A stretch of DNA of 60,252 nt from Anaerolineales bacterium. Lineage in GTDB: Bacteria > Chloroflexota > Anaerolineae > Anaerolineales > UBA11579. The DNA lies in NCBI GenBank assembly GCA_016935415.1, contig JAFGRA010000332.1:1-60252 (forward strand), written 5' to 3'. Under the pieces are notes generated by a model. That model was not told the origin of the DNA, did no database searches, and worked only from the letters and a program-made list of their open reading frames with translations. Both the position numbers and the translations under genes were made by a program. Position 1 is the first letter of the stretch. Each line of letters opens with the position of its first letter. This document shows positions 36,901 to 45,487 of this stretch, piece after piece.

Positions 36901-37644
36901 GGCCTTCAAACCGCCAAACGTCAATGCCGAGCGCGAAGCAAAGCCAAGCGCGTAGATCGCGCTCAACGTATCGCGGCCAAACGGCACCGTGTAGGTGTCA
37001 TACCCAAGCTCAACGCCTTCTTCAACCAACTGGTCGATGATGCTGCGGCCATTGACATTCCCAGAAAGGAAGGTCAAGATGTTGCGCTTTTGCAATTCAC
37101 GGACGAGTTTTACAGCAACTTCGTTAGACTTGGCCGCACCGACGATGGCCGCAAATCCGGGCATACGCCCATCCACCAATTGGATGCCCCACGAACGTAG
37201 TTGAATGTCATCGATAGGGCCATTCAAGTGACCAACCATGCCGCCACCATTGTTGCTGTAATTGGTGCCACCGGCCAGTTCGATACCGGGCATTTTCTCC
37301 GGTTGCAGGTCGTAGACAAAACGGACACCTTCGATGATCTCCGCCGCCAACAAGGTCGCCATGCCGCTGTCCAGGGTTTCACCCAGATAAGGGGTCCACT
37401 TGGTATCAGATGGCATGGGGTGTAGCAATGCCCGCGCGTGGTCAATGATTGGCTTCATCTGCCCTAACGTGGAGACCTCTTTCCCGGTCATCGCAAAGAT
37501 CAGAGGCAGGTGATAGGCCGTATTCGGGAATTCCACAACTTCATCCGGCCCCTTCTCTTTCAGAGCCTTATCCAGCATCAATTCCGCTTCGGTAACTAAT
37601 GCATTCGCGCCGCGGATGGCACGGGTAGCAATATATTTAGACAT
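33988..37644 (-). CDS. acsB: acetyl-CoA synthase (AcsB) fused through a ~150-aa Ala/Pro/Glu/Lys-rich linker to the corrinoid Fe-S protein small subunit (AcsD)
   Basis: Residues 1-752 are AcsB, with A-cluster ligands CTLCQSFAPDHVC...C and CGCFEC. Residues 753-900 are low complexity. Residues ~900-1218 form the AcsD/CdhD-type barrel. It is one uninterrupted ORF with an AGGAGG RBS. Confidence 0.88.
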   Translation of the reverse strand: MSKYIATRAIRGANALVTEAELMLDKALKEKGPDEVVEFPNTAYHLPLIFAMTGKEVSTLGQMKPIIDHARALLHPMPSDTKWTPYLGETLDSGMATLLAAEIIEGVRFVYDLQPEKMPGIELAGGTNYSNNGGGMVGHLNGPIDDIQLRSWGIQLVDGRMPGFAAIVGAAKSNEVAVKLVRELQKRNILTFLSGNVNGRSIIDQLVEEGVELGYDTYTVPFGRDTLSAIYALGFASRSALTFGGLKAGQAREILLYNRERVFAFVLALGEVDDLKYAAAAGAINFGFPVIADTVIPEILPTGVTQYEHVVSMPFNEIEGADDLEKAERLVQKCIEVRGVKIKVTDVPVPVAYGSAFEGEVVRRADMRVEFGGKNSTAFEYLSMAKLDEVTDGKVEIVGPGLDDVPPGGSIDMGVVVKVAGREMQKDFEPVLERQIHDFVNGASGIQHIGQRDITWIRISNAAAEKGFDLEHFGKILHARFHADFGAIVDKVEVTVYTDPKEHAKWLAEAREAYDFRNKRLADMTDTSVDEFYSCTLCQSFAPDHVCIVSPERLGLCGAYNWLDCKASFSINPTGPNQPIPKKKTINEEVGYFTGTNEYAKAGSHGAIDTISMYSIMENPMTACGCFECIVMFIPEANGVMVVSREDTGMTPAGMKFSTLAGIAGGGLQTPGVMGVGKFYLVSPKFISADGGFKRVVWMSKNLKETMSMEFQAVAEREGIPDLIDRIADSETVTDVEQLLAWVKEKQHPVLDMESMQTKAAEAAAATADEDSEADVIAQAEAVVEAAAQKPKQAEPKAEEPAPEPVKPEPPKAEVKPAAAMPQAPVDGSSAERAVNILRKALVAALAELGGVDMEQLQIPTESMPVVPAVVAPVKESSEGRPARRAKPKSDKPWMTADTKTEVPKDTWAGSVLEVTLGATAADGGTRTNTVNVGGQKTLPHLNFEAAAPNKAVIGIEILDKRPEDWSELLLKEWGDVLDDPAKWAKAAEEKGADVIQLTLSLTDGDGNPNTPENAVKVVKSVLDATGLPLIVYGPGQADMDNELLVPVAEATKGERLLLGICEDKNYRTIVASAMANGHLVTARTAMDVNLAKQLNILISDMGMPLDRIVMDPTVGALGYGIEYGYSVMERLRMAALQGDSTTQMPMILSIGYETWKTKESKVGDDVPDAWGDWEERGITWETLTTTALIESGGDIVILRHPVSVQRVKDVIDDLESA

Positions 37645-37660
37645 CTAAAGTCCTCCTATC

Positions 37661-39673
37661 CTAATCCGCTGCGCCATACATGGCAACTCGGCGTTCTTCC
37701 AGGGACATTTCTTCTAGCGTAAGCATACGGTTATCTCCGCTGCGGCCCCATTTGGACGGGTCGTATTCTTGCAAGCCGAGTGCAGCGCGTTTCTTATCGA
37801 TGTGTTCCAAAGTTGCTTTAATCATTTCGTCAGGATCGGGGATGAATTCAAGCTTACCACCGTACAACTTCTCCCAACCTTCGCTGAGGTAATTGGAGAC
37901 GATCACACTATCGGCCACGCGATCCGGCATGCCACCAACCGGTGAAGAACCGCCAAAGATCACGTACGCACCAGAGGCCACACAATACGTGCCGATCGAG
38001 AGCGCTTTCTCGCTCATCCATTCAGGAGCCAAGCCGACCGCAGGAACCTGTTCGATATCATCACCCAACCCGCCCTCTTCGACAACCTGGGTCAGCACCG
38101 TCAGGATACGCGTATTATCAACGCAAGACCCCATGTGCAGCACCGGCGGGATACCAACGGTTTCACAAATCTCACGCAGGCCAGGGCCAACCTGATCCAA
38201 ACCAGCTTCACCGAGCAACAAACCCAATTTGGCCGAAGCAATCGCACCGCAGCCCGTTTCAACCAGTAAAACGTCTTGTTCGAGGAGTTTCTTGGCAACA
38301 TAGGTATGCAAGAAGTCGTGTTGGCTGCGCGGGTTATTGCAACCCACAATCGCGGCTACGCCGCGGATACGCCCGGAAATAATAGCGTCATTCAGTGGGC
38401 GGAAAGAGCCACGATAACTGCCACCCAACATGTAGTTGATATATTCGTGCGAGAAACCGGGCACTAGATCCTCACGCACATCAGGAATATGTGTTTTGCC
38501 ACGGTTGGAATAGTTATCAATGGCTGTTTTCAAGATTTCTTTGGCAATCGTCAGCGCCTTGTGCTCATCGAATTGAATGTGCGTAGCGCCTTTGATCTTT
38601 ACCTTGGGGGAAGTCGTGATGATCTTAGTATGGAAGTTTTCGGCCAACCCAACCAGCGCTTGCATGATGCACTGCACATCGACCACCATAGCATCAACCG
38701 CACCGGTCAGGATCGCCAGTTCCTGCTGTAAGAAGTTCCCCGCTGCGGGAACACCCTGGCGCATCAAGATCTCATTTGCTGTGCAGCAAATGCCAGAAAG
38801 TTGGACGCCTTCAGCGCCGGCCTTCTTGGCGTATTCAATGATCTCGGGTGTTTGTGATGCCGCCACAATCATTTCGCTCAAGGTCGGCTCATGCCCATGC
38901 ACGACCACATTGACCATGTTATCTTTCAACACGCCCAGGTTGGCCTGTCCCAAAATAGGTGCCGGTGTTCCAAACAAGATGTCGGAAATGTCGGTGGCAA
39001 TCAAGCTACCACCCCATCCATCTGAAAGAGCTACTTTTATGGCATGCTGTAGAATATGTTCGGCATCCTGATCATCACCGATATGGGTACGGTGAAGCGC
39101 CTCAACAACTTCACGATCAACGCCACGTGGCGTTACACCCGTCTCTTCCCAAACTTTTTGCCTTTTTTTAGGTGCACGGATGACCGGAGCGACGATTCCC
39201 CTCTGCTGACCAAATTGAGCAATATACAAATCGGCCAGTTCATCGGCAATCTCTTCAGGTGAACGACCTTCGACGGGAATGTTGTAGTATTGTGCCACGG
39301 TGCGCAGTTTGGCAACGTCGCGGAGCACATATCCTTCTGCTTCACCATTTGCCACAGCCTTCAGCGTAAAGGCCATGTCGCGGCCATGATCCGAGTGTGC
39401 AGCTGCACCAGCAGCCACTGCGCGGATGAAATTCCGTGCCTGGATCGTATCAATGGTTGCACCGCATACACCGGTCTGTCCATCCTTGGTCAATCGGCAC
39501 GGTCCCATGCCACAAATCTTGCAGCACATACCAGACCCACCAATGTTGCAGGGAGACATTTCCTCCGCTCGCGTGAACGCCGTACCGATGCCCAAATCCT
39601 CAGCGCGGATCAGCATTTCTTGTGCTGCGGGATCTATACTTAATTCTTCTGGAGTTTTTTTCTTTTTAGCCAT
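37661..39673 (-). CDS. acsA: anaerobic carbon monoxide dehydrogenase catalytic subunit
   Basis: CooS-type Cys motifs (CNIGGSGMCCKICGMGPCR, CGAT) and C-cluster region. I chose the ATG at 39673 with an AGGTGA RBS over the GTG at 39682. Confidence 0.92.
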   Translation of the reverse strand: MAKKKKTPEELSIDPAAQEMLIRAEDLGIGTAFTRAEEMSPCNIGGSGMCCKICGMGPCRLTKDGQTGVCGATIDTIQARNFIRAVAAGAAAHSDHGRDMAFTLKAVANGEAEGYVLRDVAKLRTVAQYYNIPVEGRSPEEIADELADLYIAQFGQQRGIVAPVIRAPKKRQKVWEETGVTPRGVDREVVEALHRTHIGDDQDAEHILQHAIKVALSDGWGGSLIATDISDILFGTPAPILGQANLGVLKDNMVNVVVHGHEPTLSEMIVAASQTPEIIEYAKKAGAEGVQLSGICCTANEILMRQGVPAAGNFLQQELAILTGAVDAMVVDVQCIMQALVGLAENFHTKIITTSPKVKIKGATHIQFDEHKALTIAKEILKTAIDNYSNRGKTHIPDVREDLVPGFSHEYINYMLGGSYRGSFRPLNDAIISGRIRGVAAIVGCNNPRSQHDFLHTYVAKKLLEQDVLLVETGCGAIASAKLGLLLGEAGLDQVGPGLREICETVGIPPVLHMGSCVDNTRILTVLTQVVEEGGLGDDIEQVPAVGLAPEWMSEKALSIGTYCVASGAYVIFGGSSPVGGMPDRVADSVIVSNYLSEGWEKLYGGKLEFIPDPDEMIKATLEHIDKKRAALGLQEYDPSKWGRSGDNRMLTLEEMSLEERRVAMYGAAD

Positions 39674-39687
39674 TTTTGTCACCTTTA

Positions 39688-40083
39688 TTAGTCAACCATC
39701 TCTTTTTGTTCAAGCGGCCCCATACCCGGGCACGGCCACAACGGCCTACCTTGATAACTTACCTTTTGGGCGAAACCCATAGTCTTCAATGTGTCTTCAT
39801 AAAGCGCTGTATGCCGGAAAAATCGGGGGGAATCGGAAAACTCTGATGCTGCAATGTTGCTCTCAGTATCTATCGGTAATTCCCCCAAATATCCTGCGTC
39901 TTCCAAACTTGATTTGATCTCCTCCTCGGTAACCTTTTTACCATCAAAGCTTACCTCCAACACGCGGAAAGAACTACTCGCGTACACTTCTTCAATGCCG
40001 GGTATCTCGAAAAGCAGCCGCCGGACATCGATAACATGGTGATCTCCATACATAGCGGGGAGATCAAGCTTGAGAGTTTTCAT
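39688..40083 (-). CDS. HMA-fold (ferredoxin-like) small protein with non-canonical MYGDHH site; first gene of the acs operon
   Basis: The sequence aligns by eye to CopZ-type HMA domains (KTL.L....M......V...L....G...V.........VSFD..KV....I...LED.GY). The MxCxxC loop reads MYGDHH, and a ~60-aa C-terminal tail carries WPCPGMG. GGAAGGTG RBS, ATG at 40083. Confidence 0.6.
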   Translation of the reverse strand: MKTLKLDLPAMYGDHHVIDVRRLLFEIPGIEEVYASSSFRVLEVSFDGKKVTEEEIKSSLEDAGYLGELPIDTESNIAASEFSDSPRFFRHTALYEDTLKTMGFAQKVSYQGRPLWPCPGMGPLEQKEMVD

Positions 40084-40336
40084 TGGCACCTTCCTTTTCT
40101 GTAGTTTTTGTTGCTAAAATTATTTTTGGTGGGAAAAAGATTTAAATAGCAAGGCAAAACAAACCCCTTAGTATGATTTTCGAAATAAAGATCAATATTA
40201 CGAGAAAGGTCTAAATTGTTTAACAATTGACTCTCGATAAACTTAATGAGTATTCAAATTTTGCTGCAGTATGCGGTAGTGCTCGGTCTTGTAACCAAAT
40301 TTCATGTATATTCTCGAATTAAACCCATGAAAATAC

Positions 40337-40354
40337 AAGGGACAGATGTCATGA
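40337..40354. promoter_or_regulatory. third locus carrying the shared palindromic motif, upstream of the acs operon
   Basis: AAGGGACAGATGTCATGA. The motif is embedded in a GGGACAG...CTGTCCC inverted repeat (40339-40375). Confidence 0.45.
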
Positions 40355-40395
40355 CAATAAAAGGATAGCTGTCCCCGTTTACATTTTTCTTATAC

Positions 40396-40437
40396 AAACA
40401 AAAAGAGACGCCACAAAATCGGATTTATGGCGTCTCC
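40396..40437 (-). terminator. intrinsic terminator after glgC
   Basis: Minus strand: GAGACGCCA...TGGCGTCTC stem followed by TTTTTGTTTG. Confidence 0.75.
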
Positions 40438-40457
40438 GAGTCTACAGACAATCCTTA

Positions 40458-41723
40458 TTATTCGGGACCTATATAGGTATCTGGATAGATAATCGCATTC
40501 TTTGTAATAATCACAATTCCATCCCTTACAGACCAGTTTTCAGCATCCAGTTCAGTATCGGGTGGAAACGCTTTGATTTTCACACCTTCTCCAACTCTAG
40601 CATTCTTATCAATGATCGCATTTTCAATTTCGCAATTGCCACCAATCCCCAACGGGATGTTTTCACATTCCTGAATACTCTCCGGCGTATCGTAAAAATC
40701 CGCGCCCATTAAGATCGTCGAGGACAGCTTGACGTTATCAGCAATCTGGCTGCGCAGACCGACCACTGTATTCTCGATCGTCGCGGCCCCAACCTGACAT
40801 CCTTCAGCCATAAACACATTGTTCATTTTTGCCCCATTCACAATCGAACCTGGCAAGAAACGCGGGCGTGTATAAATCGGATCAGTGGGATCGTGGAAGT
40901 TAAACGGTGGGTTTGGTTGAGTCAGGCTAAGATTGGTTTCGTAGAACGAACGGATCGTTCCGATATCCTCCCAGAAACCCTCAAAATTGTAACCATATAC
41001 CTCATGAGAATCAATTGCTGCCGGAACAATGTCGCCGCCAAAATCATCGTAAGTTGTATTCTCCAAGACATCGATCAGCACTTGCGTTTTGAAAAGATAC
41101 ATCCCCATCGATCCAATGTATGGGCTGACTTGATCTTCCTTGCGGCTCACAAAATCAGCCAGCACGTCGGGATCAGTCGGCTTTTCGACAAAGTCAATGA
41201 TCCGACCAGCTTGATTGTCCTTCAATATTCCAAGGCGACCGGCATCCTCACGCCGCACTGGCTGCACTGCGATGGTAATATCGGCATCCTTTTCAATATG
41301 ATACGCCAACATCACATCATAATCCATCCGGTAAAGATGGTCACCGGCCAAGATGATGACATGCTCTGCATCGGCACTCTTGATCTCGATCAGCTGCTTC
41401 CGCACCGCATCCGCAGTGCCCTGATACCAATCCATACTATCTGACCGCTGTTCGGCCGCTAGGATTTGCACCCAGCCTCGACTGAAATTATCAAAGTTAT
41501 AGGTCTGTGAGATATGGCGATGCAGAGAAACCGAGTTGAATTGGGTTAAAACAGCAATCCGATGAAATCCAGCATTGATACAATTACTAATCGGAATGTC
41601 AATCAAACGATACTTTCCCGCAATCGGTACAGCTGGTTTTGCACGTTCCTTAGTAAGCGGATACAAACGCGTCCCGCGCCCACCGCCAAGAATTACCGCC
41701 AAAACATTATTGAGTTGTGGCAT
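40458..41723 (-). CDS. glgC: glucose-1-phosphate adenylyltransferase
   Basis: AVILGGGRGTRLYPLT and FVEKP motifs plus a left-handed beta-helix C-domain. Confidence 0.92.
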   Translation of the reverse strand: MPQLNNVLAVILGGGRGTRLYPLTKERAKPAVPIAGKYRLIDIPISNCINAGFHRIAVLTQFNSVSLHRHISQTYNFDNFSRGWVQILAAEQRSDSMDWYQGTADAVRKQLIEIKSADAEHVIILAGDHLYRMDYDVMLAYHIEKDADITIAVQPVRREDAGRLGILKDNQAGRIIDFVEKPTDPDVLADFVSRKEDQVSPYIGSMGMYLFKTQVLIDVLENTTYDDFGGDIVPAAIDSHEVYGYNFEGFWEDIGTIRSFYETNLSLTQPNPPFNFHDPTDPIYTRPRFLPGSIVNGAKMNNVFMAEGCQVGAATIENTVVGLRSQIADNVKLSSTILMGADFYDTPESIQECENIPLGIGGNCEIENAIIDKNARVGEGVKIKAFPPDTELDAENWSVRDGIVIITKNAIIYPDTYIGPE

Positions 41724-41834
41724 TATTATCTCCCGACTCGCTGGTGATTAGCATGAAGCTCAGAACAGTTAAAATAGTAAACGGCTTTTGTTTTTTAGGC
41801 AAGTAATAGGTATTGGGTTGGTATACTATAGTGG

Positions 41835-42512
41835 CTATGCGCAATCAAAATTCAAATATTGAGACGTCGCGTTGTTTAGATCAGCATAGATGCCGCGGTT
41901 TTCTGGGGGCAATAAACCGGCAATCTGATACATGATTTCCGCCGTCATCTGCAACCTGATCTCCCGATCCACTTTTTGCCCCCTACTGTCCAGGCAGAAA
42001 CAGCTTCCGACTTTGATATTGAAATCTGTCCGCTTCAATCGCTTGACGTTATTCCAGAGATGCTCATTGCCATAATAAGCCAGTGGCAGGATCGGAGCGC
42101 CGCTCATCAATGCCACCATCGTGACTCCCGGATATCCTTTTTGCAACCTACCATGCTTACTGCGCGTGCCTTCGGGAGCCACGGCCAGGATCTGCCCGCT
42201 CTTCAAAGCACGTACCCCCTCTTTGATCGCACCAATGTCAGCCTCCCCCCGCCGCACTGGGATCGCTTCCCAAAGATCGAAGAGCAAACTAAACACCGGA
42301 TTATCCCAGGTTTCCACTTTAACGTATCCGGTTAACGGCCGCGGCTGCAGATAGACATATACCAGCGGAACTTCTATAAAATTGATGTGGTTGGTGACAA
42401 TGATCAAGGGCCCCTGGGTAGGCACTTTAGCGATCTCATTAGAATCAACCTTGCAAGCAATTCCCGTGAGGGTCTTAATGGTGATATTTACGGCGCTTTC
42501 AAGATAAGACAT
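41835..42512 (-). CDS. lysophospholipid (1-acyl-sn-glycerol-3-phosphate) acyltransferase family protein
   Basis: NHINFIE (an Hx4D/E variant) and APEGTRS acyltransferase motifs. Confidence 0.75.
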   Translation of the reverse strand: MSYLESAVNITIKTLTGIACKVDSNEIAKVPTQGPLIIVTNHINFIEVPLVYVYLQPRPLTGYVKVETWDNPVFSLLFDLWEAIPVRRGEADIGAIKEGVRALKSGQILAVAPEGTRSKHGRLQKGYPGVTMVALMSGAPILPLAYYGNEHLWNNVKRLKRTDFNIKVGSCFCLDSRGQKVDREIRLQMTAEIMYQIAGLLPPENRGIYADLNNATSQYLNFDCA

Positions 42513-42524
42513 AGGGCGTTTGCC

Positions 42525-43445
42525 TCAAGAATAAATCACTTCAATCTGCTTTGGCAAGATTTCCATAACCAATTCCTGCCCCGCTTCACACAAGGTCTCA
42601 CCATCAGCATGCGCTGGCAAGCTACCTTCAATTGCCCGGACGACGATCTTTTCCATTCGGTCAGTAATGATTGGTTCCTCAGTAGCCTGTGTCCCTGCCA
42701 TGAAACGCGGGATCAACGTAAAGATCCGGAGCTTCCCTACCTCTTTGGCAATACACAGATCAAACACACCGTCATCATTTTCACCTTCTGGCGCCATCAT
42801 AAAGCCGCCGCCCATCCGGCGACCATTCATCACCGAAACCATCAATGTCTTTTCAGTGAGCGTCTTGCCATTGACCTCAATTTCTACCTTCGGGGCTTTG
42901 TAATACAGGAAAATTGTCTTTAGCGCAGCAACAATATATGAAGGAAAGCCGCTCAAGCGCTTGAGTTTCACCGCTTCAAAGCCCACCACCGCGTCAAATC
43001 CAATGCCGACACCATTTCCAAAATACCTGCCATCCGGGAAAAGGCCCCCGGTCACTTTTCCGACATCGACAATCATGCGTTTATCTTCGGCCAAAGCTTG
43101 GCAAGCCTCATCCAGATCGGCAGGCATTTTCATCCCAAAAGCCAAGTCATTACCACGTCCAACACCGATCACATAATACGCCGCTTCACCGACACCTTGC
43201 TCTTTTGCCAACACAAGGCCATTCAAGACTTCATTGGCGGTGCCATCGCCTCCGGCAGCTACGACAACATCATATCCATCCGCGACAGCCTCCTTCGCCA
43301 GTTCGATGGCATGCAGCGGCCTTTCCGTCAAAACTAGATCGTAATCAAGCCCTAAACGTTTCAAGTTCTCTTCAATAGCCGGAACTGAGCGGCCGCCCTC
43401 ACCTCGCCCAGATGTCGGATTTACGATGATCTTATAGCGCGCCAT
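42525..43445 (-). CDS. diacylglycerol/lipid kinase family protein (YegS/BmrU type)
   Basis: IVNPTSGRG and VVAAGGDGTANEV motifs. Confidence 0.85.
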   Translation of the reverse strand: MARYKIIVNPTSGRGEGGRSVPAIEENLKRLGLDYDLVLTERPLHAIELAKEAVADGYDVVVAAGGDGTANEVLNGLVLAKEQGVGEAAYYVIGVGRGNDLAFGMKMPADLDEACQALAEDKRMIVDVGKVTGGLFPDGRYFGNGVGIGFDAVVGFEAVKLKRLSGFPSYIVAALKTIFLYYKAPKVEIEVNGKTLTEKTLMVSVMNGRRMGGGFMMAPEGENDDGVFDLCIAKEVGKLRIFTLIPRFMAGTQATEEPIITDRMEKIVVRAIEGSLPAHADGETLCEAGQELVMEILPKQIEVIYS

Positions 43446-43566
43446 AATGTCTTGTTTTCTCCTCGAAAAAAGTTGTATTGTTTAGAACCCGTTTACAGCC
43501 ATAAAGTTTCAAGCCTTGATTTTCAATCCGAAAACAGATTAGTGATCAGACCAGTCTGCGAACAGA

Positions 43567-45363
43567 CTAATCTGCGATCACCGGTACAAACTCGAATTTT
43601 GTTACATCGACCAGGCCAAGGTCCGACATGCGCAGTTCGGGGATCACAACCAGGGCAGAGAGGCTCAACTGCATGTTGGGATTATTCAAGCTGCACCCAC
43701 AAGCCTCAAAACCTTCCAGGATCGTTCCTGCTTTTTCCGCGACGACTTCGGCGCGTTCACTGGACATCAACCCGGCAATCGGCAACTCAACCAGCCCGAT
43801 CACCTCGCCATCTTTGACTACCACCTGCCCACCGCCAACTCTGGCAAGCTCATTAACTGCCAAAGCCATGTCGGCTTCGTTGGTGCCTACAACGATCAAA
43901 TGGTGGCTGTCGTGCGCCACTGTAGATGCAATTGCACAGGCTGTATTAAAACCGAATCCATGCGTCAGGCCAACCTGCACCCGTCCCGTACCTTCGTGCC
44001 GTTCTACCACGGCCATCTTGACGATATCGTTTTCCATATCTACAGGGACTTCCCCATTTTCGGCTCTTACCGTCATGCGCAGATGCTTCGTTGGGGCTTG
44101 ATTCTCAATAATACCAATCACATTAGCCGTTACTTCACCGTCCCTGGAAGACTTAAGCACAAAATCACTAGCCGCAAACGTCTTGCCAATCTTTACCGAC
44201 TTCACTGCCCAATCAGGATAGGCGTATACCGGCAAATCCACAATCATCTTGCCATCCTCAGCAACGATCGCACCCTTGGCAATCACCTGCTCGACCTCAA
44301 ATGCATCCAGATCACTGAGAAAGAGGATATCCGCAGAACGCCCAGGCGCGATCATGCCCACTTCTTGGGCGACGCCAAAGTGCTCGGCCGTATTGATCGT
44401 CGCCATCTGGATTGCCGTGATCGGCTCCAGACCTTGCGCAATCGCGTGCCGCACAACTCGATTCATGTGTCCATCGTTGACCAGTGTTTCCGAGTGTGAA
44501 TCGTCCGTTACCAGCAGGAAATTCCGGGAATCCAATCCCATCTCGGTGATCGCCCCCACCTGAGCAGCGACATCATGCCAGGCCGAACCATAGCGCAGCA
44601 TGGTTTTCATACCCTGACGCACACGCGCCACCGCGTCTTCCAATCGCGTGCCTTCGTGGTCGTCTTGCGGGCCACCGGCGACATATCCGTGAAAAGGAAG
44701 CCCCAGGTCAGGTGCGGCGTAATGCCCACCGATGACCTTGTTGGCGGCGCGCGTTTCGGCCATTTCGGCCAGCATCTTGTCATCTGCAAAATAAACACCA
44801 GGGAAGTTCATCATCTCGCCCAGGCCAATGACACCTTCCCACGCCATCGCTTCGGCGACTTCTTCCGGGCCTATTTTGTCACCGGGCGTTTCCAGGCCCG
44901 GCGCAGAAGGTACACACGACGGTATTTGCACCCATACGTGGATGGGTTGCTCGGCAGCTTCATCGACCATCAAGCGCACACCTTTCAGACCAAACACGTT
45001 AGCAATCTCATGCGGGTCGACGAACATCCCCGTGGTACCGTGTGGGACCACGGCCCGCACAAATTCGGTTACCGTGAGCATCCCCGATTCCACGTGCATG
45101 TGTCCATCCAACAGACCCGGGCACAAGTAGCGCCCCCGCGCTTCGATCACCTGCGTTTCTTCCCCAATCGTGTGGCTCCCATCCTCACCAACGTAAGCAA
45201 TCCGCCCATCCACCACTGCCACATCTGTATGCGGCAAGATTTCACCAGACTGCACACATACCCATTGCCCATCGCGAATCACCATTTCCGCAGGCATCCG
45301 CCCCATCGCTACGTCAATAAGTCTCTTTCTGCTGGAATGCCATTCGGCTGCTCGGTTAACCAT
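43567..45363 (-). CDS. ade: adenine deaminase
   Basis: PGLLDGHMHVES metal site, and a length and domain pattern typical of Ade. Confidence 0.88.
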   Translation of the reverse strand: MVNRAAEWHSSRKRLIDVAMGRMPAEMVIRDGQWVCVQSGEILPHTDVAVVDGRIAYVGEDGSHTIGEETQVIEARGRYLCPGLLDGHMHVESGMLTVTEFVRAVVPHGTTGMFVDPHEIANVFGLKGVRLMVDEAAEQPIHVWVQIPSCVPSAPGLETPGDKIGPEEVAEAMAWEGVIGLGEMMNFPGVYFADDKMLAEMAETRAANKVIGGHYAAPDLGLPFHGYVAGGPQDDHEGTRLEDAVARVRQGMKTMLRYGSAWHDVAAQVGAITEMGLDSRNFLLVTDDSHSETLVNDGHMNRVVRHAIAQGLEPITAIQMATINTAEHFGVAQEVGMIAPGRSADILFLSDLDAFEVEQVIAKGAIVAEDGKMIVDLPVYAYPDWAVKSVKIGKTFAASDFVLKSSRDGEVTANVIGIIENQAPTKHLRMTVRAENGEVPVDMENDIVKMAVVERHEGTGRVQVGLTHGFGFNTACAIASTVAHDSHHLIVVGTNEADMALAVNELARVGGGQVVVKDGEVIGLVELPIAGLMSSERAEVVAEKAGTILEGFEACGCSLNNPNMQLSLSALVVIPELRMSDLGLVDVTKFEFVPVIAD

Positions 45364-45487
45364 GCCATACTCCTTCTGCTTATGCGGCCATTAATTGTTC
45401 CATTATACCCACATTCTTACCTGACAAATTCGTATCACACAGCAGATTTTACACCCAAACTAGATATCGTATATATAATGCTTCTAA

